A stretch of 64,000 bases of DNA, taken from assembly GCF_964188315.1 (NCBI RefSeq), contig NC_135656.1, forward strand, positions 36,580,001 through 36,644,000, in the 5' to 3' direction. The position numbers and the translations under genes are program-made. This stretch comes from Podarcis muralis (taxonomy: Eukaryota). Below, piece after piece: positions 1-10,950 of this stretch; positions within the stretch are counted from its first letter, which is position 1; each line of letters opens with the position of its first letter. The notes below the pieces were generated by a model, which was not told the DNA's origin, ran no database searches, and was given only the letters and a program-made list of their open reading frames with translations.

Positions 1-1882
1 CTGAAAAGCAAATGCAAACGCCTTCTTTGCTCAGACGTACTCCTTTCTATTGATTCTACACCCACTTTTTAAATGTAACGCTCGTATAATGTTTGTTGAT
101 CCTTGGATTTGTCGATGTTTGTGCAAAGTGAATTGTGTTCACGGCTGATGCATTTGAGAGGTGCTTGGCTAGTCAACCAGTTTGTGTGACCAGGGAGTAG
201 TCATAGTGCTCGGAGAGGCAGCGCTCTTTGGAAGACCTTGCCTGCTTCAGCTTTCACCTCTTTGCCTTGGCAAGCATCTGCTTGCTTCAAGACCACCAGG
301 TTCCACCGCAGGGGGCAAGATGATCGAAAGGCAATGGAGCATGCATATCCTGCGGCATCTGCTGTGTCAGGAGTAGCTGCAGCAGCCCTGACATCTGCCA
401 GAGAAGCTGTAAGAATAGAGAGAATTAGGGAATTGAGTGCAACATACCTGGGTGAGGTGAAGGACACACAAACACACACGTACACAGTAAAAGTACAGGG
501 AGCAACTCCAGTTTCAGACTCCCTTCTCCTAGTATAGTGACCAAGGGTGCTGTTTCTTCAGCACCACAAAATTTAGCCTTTTGTTGTGGACAGCTCCTTG
601 CTTGCAAGCACTGGTGTTGCTGAAGTCCCAGCTTCCCAGTGCATGTTCACATGGAGATCACTGTGCCATAGCCATACATGATGACTTGCACAGAGCTTGC
701 ATGCCTTTCCTACAGGGCCGTTCTCTGCATGTAGGAGATTATTCATCATGTTTGCAGTTGCCCTTAGGGCTGCTTCATATGTTAGTTTTCTGCACAGAGA
801 TACATCTCCTTGCGGTATATTTTAAAGCAGCCCTGAGATTTCTCTCAGTGGTTTTTATTATACTTTAGCTAAGTGAAATTTTATTTCTTTCCCATCTTGA
901 GGATGCCATAATGCTTTATCTTACTCTCACTCTCTCCCCACTCTTCTTCTTTCTGTCTCTGGGTCCTAGTGCCACACCTGCCAGCTTATATTTTTCTATG
1001 AAAGGTTTGCATCTTTCTTCCATCAATTATGAGCTCCTTGATAGTCAAGAAGATCTTGCAGGCTCTTTCCTGAGCAGGTATGCTCAAGGCAAGTCACAGC
1101 CTCAGTCACAGTTACTTAAGACCTCAACAGATGTAGAATAGCAACGTTCCATGATAAAGCATGAATCTTTATAATGGGGTGTGTGTCTCTGATTTCGATT
1201 AATCATTCAACTTGCCCTAAAGTTGGTTGCCTTGGAGGGATCTGGGGCTTGTCAGAGGGGAAGTTAGATTTGAGCAAGGAAGCCCAGGACAAAGCAGGGA
1301 TCACCGAAATACTTTGTTGAGCATCGGCAATCCAGGTGTAGAAAAACAAACAAACAAATCCCTCTGCAGACAAGCATCTTCTAAAAGCAAAAGTAAAGAT
1401 TCTGAGCTTACCAGGTAAGGAATATTTCCAGGATGAGGTGATAGGGGAAGGGAAAGCAAACACCAGAGTGGAAGAAGAGCGATAGAGAGTGCTCCATTAT
1501 AGATGACAGGTCAAACTTGTAATTGAATGCACACATTCAAACTTTAAAAAGTATTGCAAAGGTCTCTGGCTCTATTTGCCTACATCTGTTTGCCTGGCTC
1601 TATTTGCTCCAATGCCTGCAAATTTCATCCACTTCAGAAAAAAGCTCTCTTTTTACTTCCCAATATTGAAGGGGGAAAACAAAGGAGACTTGGACAGATC
1701 CTGAACTGAACAGGACAGCATACATAGTGTCTCAGGTGGGCTGTTTTCCAAAGCACCAAATCAGGCTCCAAACTAAACCATTTGGACAGTGAACCCCCCT
1801 AATACATACATTCCTTTTTTTTGCAAAATCATGCAAGCTGAAAGCCAATATGGAAATGTCGCTTTTCCCACTGCAAATACAG

Positions 1883-1884
<2 letters not shown>

Positions 1885-1920
<36 letters not shown>
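1885..1920. repeat. (GT)18 microsatellite
   Basis: Read directly from the sequence. Confidence 0.98.
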
Positions 1921-1922
<2 letters not shown>

Positions 1923-2010
1923 CCAATTCTGATTGGGATCATTGTTGGGTCAAAAGGCTAAAGCTCCCATATCCTTCTTCCATAGCCACAATCAATTTCA
2001 GTCTCTGCGT

Positions 2011-2268
2011 GCCAGTGTGGTGTAGTGGTTAAGAGCAGTAGTCTCGTAATCTGGGGAACCGGGTTTGCGTCTCCGCTCCTCCACATGCAGCTGCTGGGTG
2101 ACCTTGGGCCAGTCACACTTCTTTGAAGTCTCTCAGCCCCACTCACCTCACAGAGTGTTTGTTGTGGGGGAGGAAGGGAAAGGAGAATGTTAGCCGCTTT
2201 GAGACTCCTTAAAGGGAGTGAAAGGCGGGATATCAAATCCAAACTCTTCTTCTTCTTCTTCTTCTTCT
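2011..2268 (+). mobile_element. Squam3-type (MIR/Ther1-derived, CORE) SINE
   Basis: tRNA-like head gccagtgtggtgtagtggttaagag, CORE-like tgggtgaccttgggccagtcac, and a (TCT)n tail. A near-identical copy is at 22791. Confidence 0.8.
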
Positions 2269-3153
2269 TTGTGTTGGCTATATATTTTTTCTAAAGTAAA
2301 ATAAAAATCCATGCAAGGCTAAATTACATGGCTCATGTCATGTCTAGTTTGGTCCAGAGTCCCGTGTTAGTGTGTATAAACAAGTTATCATGCTTAACTG
2401 TGTAAATCCTCTACCTATCTATTTAGAAATAAGTACCTCTAGGTAAGAGTGCCTAGGATTACAGCATTAATTACCCAAAGGCCACAGATATAATTGGCTT
2501 CCCAACACATTGCTTTCTTTCCTTCCAATGAAGCATAATAGAAAGCTTTGTTTGGTGACTGAAATCATGGCCATCATGATCCACCCAAGGTTTTGCTGTG
2601 CAAATCCCACTGAAAAGGAAGACCAGCCCGCAAGACTACAGTTCAGTGGGGATTGCGCAGAAGAGATCCCCTGTGAGTTGTGTTCCAGGTTCTTTTCAAT
2701 ATCTAAACTTCCATTGCAGGGGGAAAGGAATAATAACTAAAAAGATTTTTTAAAGCCCTTCTCCTGCCCAGCGGTAATGAAAACATACCCATCTATAATG
2801 TAAAAGCCTATTGGCACTGCTTAGAGCCCTGACTTTTCTTATTTATATGGAAATATGGAAGGAATGCATGTTCATGTTGAGATGTGTAGTCAAAGTCTCC
2901 TATTAATTATGTTTCAATTTAGCCAGAGTCAGGGGAGAGGTGAGGTGTAGTACTGGGAAAACAGTGTCTGAAGCCCTTGGCATGGCTCACCAGTTATAAC
3001 GGCCATTGTTATGTATACACGACTATATTTTATTATAACTATATTCCTTCTCTAGAGAAGTGGTGGTGGTGGGAGTTTTGAAGATTTCCATTGTGGAAGT
3101 GGGTGTTTAATATCAGACAGTGTCTGAGATGGATAGCTTAGTATCTCCTAGGA

Positions 3154-3504
3154 CAGGGGTCTGCAACCCGTGGCTCCGGAGCCACATTTGGCTCTTTTAC
3201 ACCTTTGCCGCGGCTCCGGGGCGGATACTAGTGAGGGGAGGAGGTGCATTGTGCGCCCCAACACTCCCCACTGTGGCAGGCGCTGTACTGGCTGTGACGT
3301 CGCATGGGGGCGGTGCGTGCGTTAGTCACGCACCGTCCCGACGTCACCTTCCCACCCGCTGTCAGATCGGACATTAAGGTAAGAAACAATATATGCAGTG
3401 TTATATTTGTTTTAAATGTGGCAATGGTTTTGCGGCTCCCAGTTTTTTTTTCTTTGGAAACGGGTCCAAGTGGCTCTTTTTGTCTTAAAGGTTGCAGACC
3501 CCTG
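3154..3504. mobile_element. hAT non-autonomous DNA transposon, 351 bp
   Basis: Perfect 15-bp TIR caggggtctgcaacc/ggttgcagacccctg and perfect 8-bp TSD tcctagga (3146-3153, 3505-3512). Confidence 0.92.
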
Positions 3505-4698
3505 TCCTAGGATATGATGGATATGGATTCTTCAAAGGCCCTGGGGGGGGGGTGGCTTGAATGCTGGCCAATGCTTTATGTTCCCCAGCGAACATATATG
3601 CAAATGCTATTCAGACTCCACTGAGTCTGTGCTTGTAGTGGGAAGCCAGAATTGGAGAGAAACCTTTATTGACAGATATGTCAATTCCTACTAACACGGG
3701 ATGAGCTCCCTTCCGCCACACCCCATTGAAGATCAGAGTTGTCTACTCTCCATTGCTGAGCATGTGATTTTTGTTCTATCAACTCACTAGTAGTCAGGGA
3801 AGACTTCTTCAGTGGCCATGGCTAATGGTGGCTGCTGAGGTACCATCTGCTGGGTCAACAACAGTAATGCTGTTTCGGCAGGAAGTAGCACAAGATGATG
3901 AGGTGACAGCTTCTCCTTCTTTGTTGTTGTTGTCGTCATCAGCCAAATAAAACTGAGCAGGAATGAGCAATTTGTATTGATCCCACTGGAGGGCAAGGAA
4001 AGGGCAGCAAATAGATTAGCTGGATAGATGGAGCGTAACCCACATAATCGGCACTGTTCGCCGAGGGCTCAAGTCTGCTTCATTTGGCCATTTGCAAGGG
4101 AACAGATTCATTGTTGGTATGTTTCAGTGATGCTCGGCTGTAGATTAGCACTGCATCTACAGCAGTTGCAAAATGCCAATTTTTAAAGCAGGCCTGCAAG
4201 CTGATTCACAAACATTTACAGGTGTGAATCAATGTTGCTGGCATAAAGGCCCCTCAGCCTTTGATTCACGCTTCCTCTCTGCTTTATCACAGTTACTAAA
4301 CAGGCTGATCTCTCCATGTAGTTAAAGGAATATAAAATCACTGGTGGCAAAATTCAGAAGGCTCTGAGAGCATGAATACCTCCCTTCTTCCCCCTTCCCC
4401 CACCTCATCCAAACACCCACCATAGATTAACATCCAAAATTGCTTCTTTCCTTGCTTCTACGCAAAGCTGTTATGGTAACAGGTTAGAACAGGAAGTCGA
4501 CCGAGATACAAATTATCCTCAGAAGGTAAAACTACTTTGTCAAGTAGCTCAGCTGACCAGCCACTGATTGCTGATTGTTTGCTGTGTAAATGCATGCTTC
4601 CTTTCCCTGCAAATATTTCTGAGGATTACCCTCCAGGCTCAACGTTCTCCGTTAGGGAGCATTTTGTCAAAATGGAAATGGGAGCAGAAATTGCCAGT

Positions 4699-5090
4699 TG
4701 TCAGAGACTGGTGGGCCTCTGATGGGTGTGTGGCCAAGGCAGGGGGCCAGGGGATTGACCCGGAAGAGGGTGCCAGTGATTTATGGGGTTTGGCACCACC
4801 CATGAGGCAGGAGCCGGGTGCATTGAAGAAGGATCAGAGCAGTCTGAGATGGATGTGTAGGAACCAAAGGAAGAGACTTAGGTGAGGGACAGGCCAGTCT
4901 CCCTGCCATCCCCTGCTCTGCTGCCTCCTAGAGCCAGGAGGGGTTTGAAGAGGGAACAGCAGCAACAGCTTCCATGTAGAAGAAACCTCAGGTTGCATGT
5001 GTACATATGAGGGTACATATGCCAGAGGGCTCAATGTTGCTGTAACTGCTACATAGGGCATGGGACTGGGAACAGCTGCTGAGATGCTAG

Positions 5091-5138
<48 letters not shown>

Positions 5139-5223
5139 CAGCTTAGGAGCTGCTGTAAATGTGTGCTTTTGACCCATTGCTATTAAACGTGTGCCTTCCT
5201 TGGCTGAGAGAGTGCTCAGGACA
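4699..5223 (+). mobile_element. Solo LTR, 525 bp
   Basis: tgtc...gaca termini, 5-bp TSD ccagt (4694-4698, 5224-5228), attaaa at 5182, and an internal (GT)n. Confidence 0.65.
5093..5136. repeat. (GT)n microsatellite inside the solo LTR
   Basis: Read directly from the sequence. Confidence 0.98.
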
Positions 5224-6761
5224 CCAGTATTTGCCTACTCATCCCATGTCTGGAACAGAAATAAATCTAGCAACTACAACAGGTATTCACTGTTGTGGTT
5301 GCAAATGACATGTAATGGATTAGGCCCCCCTTCCCCAATTTGCATTGCATTTTCCTTTGCATTGAAGTGAAGGGGGTGGGATAACGTAATGCTAATGTAA
5401 TTCACATAATTCACATATTTAATTATTTATTATATGAATTACATAATTTTACCTTGGCAGGCAGCAAGATGAATAGTGTAGAACTGCAGTGAAACAGAAA
5501 CAGTGCTGCAGACAATGGAATACAGGCTGGAAAGGAACGTGCCTTCTGACACCTCTATTCCTTGCTGTGGTGCCAAATGTGCGTTCTGCTTCTGTCTCCT
5601 AGCCAGCTCTGTTTCACCCCTTCCTTAAATTACTTCTCCTTCCCCATGCCTTGACTTGGAGAAGTTGCTTCTGCTACGTGGTGGGAGGAGAAAGTATGGA
5701 ATGAAGCAGAAAAGTGACATGATGCAAAGAAGAGACTAAGGGGCGGGCTGAGGTGAATAAATTAATGGCCGTGCCTTAAGGGAGATTTTAGGAAATTAAA
5801 ATTTCACACATTGCTGCACAGGTTGCATTATCTTTCTCTGGAATTTGGAAGTGTTGGGTAGGGACCAGAGCAGTTGTCAATGTGCTAGCAGTGTTAAGTC
5901 AGCTTGGGAGGAATTTGGTTGTGGTGGTGATAAGGTGACCCTCAGACACATTTAACCCATGATTAGTAAGCCACAACCACATGGAAGTTTTGCGCTCCGT
6001 GTTTTGTCACAAAGTAGGAGGTGGAGGAAACAATACATGGAAAGGGAAGGCACCAAGTTCTATATGATGTTGCACATTAATTTCTCCTACAAGCTCTTCC
6101 CATCTAAGATGGGATTTGTCCCATATATCATGGCACCAATCCTGATCCCCATCCCCAGCAGCTGTTATTTTGGGGGTGAGGGGACTAGACAGATGCATTT
6201 AGGGTTATGCCTTGTTTGGCCCTTATTCTCTGAACACTTGACCAGCAGAAAGGGCTCAGATTTTGGTGAATCTCTGCAGGAAGCAGATTCTAAAGCCAAA
6301 AGGCAGCTACTCAAAGTGCTTTTCTTTGTGTTCTTCCATTCTGATGGTTCAGAGATAGTAGACCTAGGAGAATGGTGGAACACAGGGCTGTGTGCAGACT
6401 CTTGGGGCCAAACTAGATATGTTCAATGAGTGTTCATTTAGCATGTCAGTCTTTAATTTTTTTTTAAAAAGACAGCAGCTGGAATGGGAGGGGTGGGGCA
6501 CGTTTTCCCCCTGCGGAGTGGTCCCAACTAAAATCACCCCAAGTTGAAATTCCTTCTGGGAAGGAGGCCGCAATGGATGTTATAGCAGCTGTGTGTGTAT
6601 GTGATTTTCATTGAGAGTGTGGCATACTAGAAAAGGCTTAACCCCAGCCTAGCCCTTGTGCACAGCAGTTCCCTGATCATTTCTCCACTTCCCACATGAC
6701 TCAGTTTACCCAACGAGAAGACATTCCAAATGCAGTGCGAGATAATGATAATGTGTATTAT

Positions 6762-6953
6762 AACACAGGAAGCTACCTTATATTGCACCAGACCATTGGT
6801 CCTTCAGGCTCAGTGTTGTCTTCACTGAGTGACATCAGTTCTTCAGGGCTTCAGGCAGGGGGCCTCTCCCAACCCTACCTGGAGATGACGGGGACTGAAC
6901 TGGAGACCTTTTCATGCAAAGCATACTCTACCCTGGGGCAATTGCCCTTCCCC
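6762..6953 (-). mobile_element. Squam2-type tRNA-derived SINE
   Basis: Reverse complement of head gggaaggg...tgctttgcatgaaaaggtc and body caggtagggttgggagag...gaccaatggtct. Similar to the copies at 14360 and 19031. Confidence 0.7.
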
Positions 6954-7074
6954 AAGTGCTGTTTCCTGCACATCTAGTCTTAATGAGTGGTGTGTAGCTG
7001 AAGATGGTGCACTTGTAGTCATGGTGGTTTACCCTTAGTTGGACTCCCTGCAGATGGGTGGGAGTTGAGATCTA

Positions 7075-7312
7075 CAGTGGTACCTCTAGATATGAACGGG
7101 ATCTGTTCCGGAGCCCCGTTTGCATCTAGAGGTAAACGTATGTAGCGGCGGCACGTCTGCGCACGTGCATGTCGCTTTTCGCTGCTTCTGTGCATGTGCG
7201 TGACGTCATTTTGAGCGTCTGCACATGCGCAAGCAGCAAAACCCAGAAGTAACGCGTGGAGCGCAACTCGAATGCACTCAACTTGAAGCAAATTTAACCT
7301 GAGGTATGACTG
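7075..7312. mobile_element. Tigger/pogo-like (Tc1/mariner) MITE, family distinct from the others in the window
   Basis: TA|cagtggtacctc...gaggtatgactg|TA, i.e. a TA duplication with imperfect TIRs and a CpG-rich interior. Confidence 0.75.
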
Positions 7313-9009
7313 TAGTCTGGCTTCACCCAGACCACTCACATCTGTAGCCAATAAAGTTGTGGCCTTTTTGAACCCATAAACCAAATCTATTTGTCTGTGT
7401 GTTTCTTATCCACTAGGGAACTGAATGTCATGTGGCCTTGGCTTGCAAGTGGTCAGTGTTGGCTAAGAACTTGCCAGGATCACAGAGTGCTGCTAATTGC
7501 CTCTGCAAATGGTCAAGGACAGATCAAGGTGATGGAAAGCTTCAAGTCAAAAGAATGAGGATACTGCTTAACTATTTTTAGCGTCTCTCCCACATTGCTG
7601 TTGGCATACCTGTGAAAAGCTGACAGCAGGTGAAGAGGCCAGCAGGCTCAGTGATCAAGGGATAAATGGACAGGGATGAATGATAGGCATTATCATTGTG
7701 AAGACTGGAGAGCAAGACCCCTGTTAAATCTGATGGCACCTGAAGGCATCTCATTTTCCCTTTAGATGCTGCCCTTTGCTTTAAGTATCTGTAGAACATG
7801 TCATGCAAGCAGGCAGGCAGGATACATTTATATGACTGGCCTGTCAAAGCAATGTTATCATAATGGCAGGTGAGAGAGTTCCCCCTGCCCCATACTCTTT
7901 TGGAGGTGTCTTGCTCTCCCTATGGAATTTTGATGGTTTACTGAGCTAGGGTGAGACTGAGATAACGGCCTCTGTTAATGAGTGGCACCTCCATTCTAGT
8001 GATGCTCCTTTCTCATCCCAGCCCTTGAGCTACAGGATAATCCGTTAATGGCTACTGTTTGCTAAAATTAGGTTAGGTCACTGTGGAGGAGGCACTGCCA
8101 GTCATTTGAGCACTGCAGCCTCTTTTCAAGATTCTTAAAGTAGACTCAATCCTCTGTATCAAGGGGTGGCCAATCATTTTCTACCCAAGTGCCACATACA
8201 AAGTTGGAAAAGCTTCCTCAAGTTACATGGTGTGTGTGCACATACAAACTTGCCACATATACAGCTTACAGAACCCCACACCAATAGAGTTTATACTTAC
8301 AAGCCAGGTTTATGTCCTGCCTGTGGTGGACAAATAACTATGAGTCATGGCATGTTGTCAATCACTCTTAACTAGTTCATGAACTCTAATTCATGATACA
8401 TTGACAGTGAGGGAAGTGAAAATCTAACTTGGCTGGATGGAATACTTGGGACAGGAAGATCTGCATCATTGTGAAATCTGGGCGATAGTTCATGAAAGTT
8501 ATAGGTAACAAGAGAGGAGAGAGAGGGAGAGGGAGAGGTTGCAGCTCTTTTTAACAAATGAAGATGAGCACCTGGATTTTTGCATCATTGAACTATGTGC
8601 TTTTCAGACTTTTTGCTTTCAGGAAACTTTTTCTGCATTGTGTTGTCTGCCAAGGAACTGTTACATGTCTTCCTCAAAAACCCACTGCATTGCATCAGGC
8701 TTGCTGGTGGCTTGAAGGATTGGAAACTTGGGTTAATGGTGGAGGGCCAAGGACAATGCCAATTAAGCAAGGATTAAGGCACCTCTGGCAGAGGGGAACC
8801 TGGGAAAACAATACAGGCTTAAAACAGAATTGATGATGTGGACGAAAATATGGGGATAGAGTAACAAGCAGAGGGTAGATATCTCACTGGCTATTACTGT
8901 GATAGCTAGATGGAACTCCCATTTTAGCAACATATAACTTTTTAATATCAGATGTTTTGGACAAACAAGAAGGTGGGGACATTCCTTTGTGTTCTTGCTT
9001 GTAAGTTTC

Positions 9010-9115
9010 CAGGAGCTCCCGGCTGGTCACAGCTGGAAACAGATTGCTGGATTTTATAGACCTTGATCTAAATGGACCCAGCAGGGCTGCTCTGACGAGA
9101 CGCAAACAATGTTGC
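9010..9115 (+). mobile_element. Old CR1-type/SINE 3' end fragment
   Basis: ggctggtcacagctggaaacagattgctgga...gacccagcagggctgct resembles recalled reptile CR1-type 3' ends. A reverse-oriented relative lies near 59430-59520. Confidence 0.35.
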
Positions 9116-9738
9116 TCACACAAACTTTGAGTTTCCATCCTGCTGTAAATAAGAAGCACGGTAGCCAGTTGATGTAGCAGATGCAATTGCCTCTTCAAGA
9201 AAATAGTGGATTTTTGTGGATGATTTTCTGAGCTAGCTGTAATTGCGGAGGTGGGATGGAACTCCTAGTACACCAACTTTTTTTGTGCAATAATGAATTC
9301 AGCTGGTATTCTTTGTGGACTCAAGCAATAACTCCATCTCTGAACAAACTCCCTTCTTTCTGTTAAAGCAGCTTGCTATTACAGGACAAGTAAACAAGAA
9401 TATTTCCCTGTAATAGAAACAAAAGCAAGCCACCCATGCTAAGAACAACAGTGAAATATTGTGTAATTACATTGTAAATGTCAGTGGGGATGGTTTGATG
9501 CCTATGCATTGTTTTGATTAAGCAGGAGGAGGACAGGCTCCCTGTCAGTGTCTTGGTTTTGAACTATAGTAGCAAAACAGCTTAGAGGTAGTTTGGCTTT
9601 TTTTTTTTTGCACGCAGAAGATCCCAAGTAGCTTCTCACTTAAAGGGTCAGGTAGCAGCAGTGAGAAAGACTACCTGAGAAGATAAAGAGCCATGCACAG
9701 TCAGAGTAGACAATATTGGGCTTAATGGACTAATTCTA

Positions 9739-10950
9739 TTTTTTTTTAAATAAATTTTTTATTAGTTTTCCAAACACATAATAAAAACAAACAATACACA
9801 ATACACAAACATACAAACATATAAACATGTATAATTTCATAATCTTATTTTCATGCACCTTGCTTCCCGGACTTCCCCATACCTCCCCTTTTCTGCATCC
9901 TTGTTTTATATTTCTTCAGCAACTCCTCCAATTAACTAATTATTCAATTCACTTTCATTTAGGTTCTTTTTTAACTTATTGATTACAGCTGCACTTCTCT
10001 ATTTCCTAATTCCTTAACATCTTAACACTCCTCAATTTTACAGCAATTTTTAAGATATATTTTAAATTTCTTCCAGTCTTCTTCCACTATCTCTTTCCCC
10101 TGGTCACGGATTCTGCCAGTCATCTCTGCCAGTCCCATGTAGTCAATCACCTTCGTCTGCCATTCTTCCAGCGTGGGTAGTTCTTGTGTCTTCCAATACT
10201 TTGCTAAAAGAATCCTTGCTGCTGTAGTAGCATACATAAAAAACGTTCTATCCTTCCTTGACACCAATTGGCCAACCATGCCCAGGAGAAAAGCCTCAGG
10301 TTTCTTAGGAAAGGTCCATTTAAGGACTTTCTTAATTTCATTATAGATCATTTCCCCAAAGGCTTTAATCTTCGGGCAGGTCCACCAAAGGTGATAAAAG
10401 GTACCTTCAGTCTCATTACATTTCCAGCATTTGTTATTGGGCAAATGGTAAATTTTTGCAAGCTTGACTGGGGTCATGTAAATCATTTTCATAATGTTTT
10501 CTCTTAAGGCATTACATGCCGTAAACTTAACACCGGTGGTCCATAACTGTTCCCAGTCAGCAAACATGATGTCATGACCGATATCTTGTGCCCATTTAAT
10601 CATGGCTGATTTCACCGTTTCATCCTGTGTATTCCATTTCAACAGCAAATTATACATTCTTGACAAATTCTTAGTATTGGGTTCTAACAATTCTGTTTCT
10701 AGTTTTGACCTCTCCATCTGGAAGCCAATTTTCCTGTCCTGTTTAAACACCTCCATTATTTGATGACAATGAAGCCAGTCTCGTACCTTAAACTTCAATT
10801 TTTCATAGCTCTGTAGTTTGATTTTTCCCTCATCTTGCTCTAAAATTTCCCAGTATTTTGGCCATTTAGACTCCATATTAAGTTTTTTCACTTCTTTGGC
10901 TTCCATTGGCGATAACCACCTGGGAGTTTTACTTTCCAGTAGATCTTTAT
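9739..10950 (-). mobile_element. 5'-truncated L1-clade LINE, 1212 bp
   Basis: Perfect 17-bp TSD ttaatggactaattcta (9722-9738, 10951-10967), short poly(A) (T run 9739-9747 on +), and an ORF2 C-terminus. Confidence 0.93.
10022..10906 (-). pseudogene. L1 ORF2 C-terminal remnant (294 aa from the first Met; the frame stays open to the truncation point)
   Basis: CCHC knuckle CWKC-x8-H-x4-C (CWKCNETEGTFYHLWWTC) and motifs HLWWTCP and AARILLAKYWK typical of vertebrate L1 ORF2 C-termini. No endonuclease or RT core. Confidence 0.88.

Noticed and set aside
300-318. CTCF-like ccaccgcagggggca (also tctggtggcc pairs at 39820-39860)
   Set aside because: Mismatches at key core positions. Not supportable without PWM scoring or binding data.
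238-537. 99-aa ORF with a possible donor at about 451
   Set aside because: No recognisable homology, overlapping ORFs on both strands, runs into an (AC) tract, and has no good acceptor.
1227-1420. Strong donor CAG|GTAAGG at 1414 as an alternative coding first exon
   Set aside because: The frame needed to join exon 3 has a stop at 1339 and no ATG after it.
2011-2090. tRNA-like sequences (also at 6900, 19150, 22791 and the Sauria SINE heads)
   Set aside because: These are SINE heads. No complete cloverleaf, and each continues into a SINE body.
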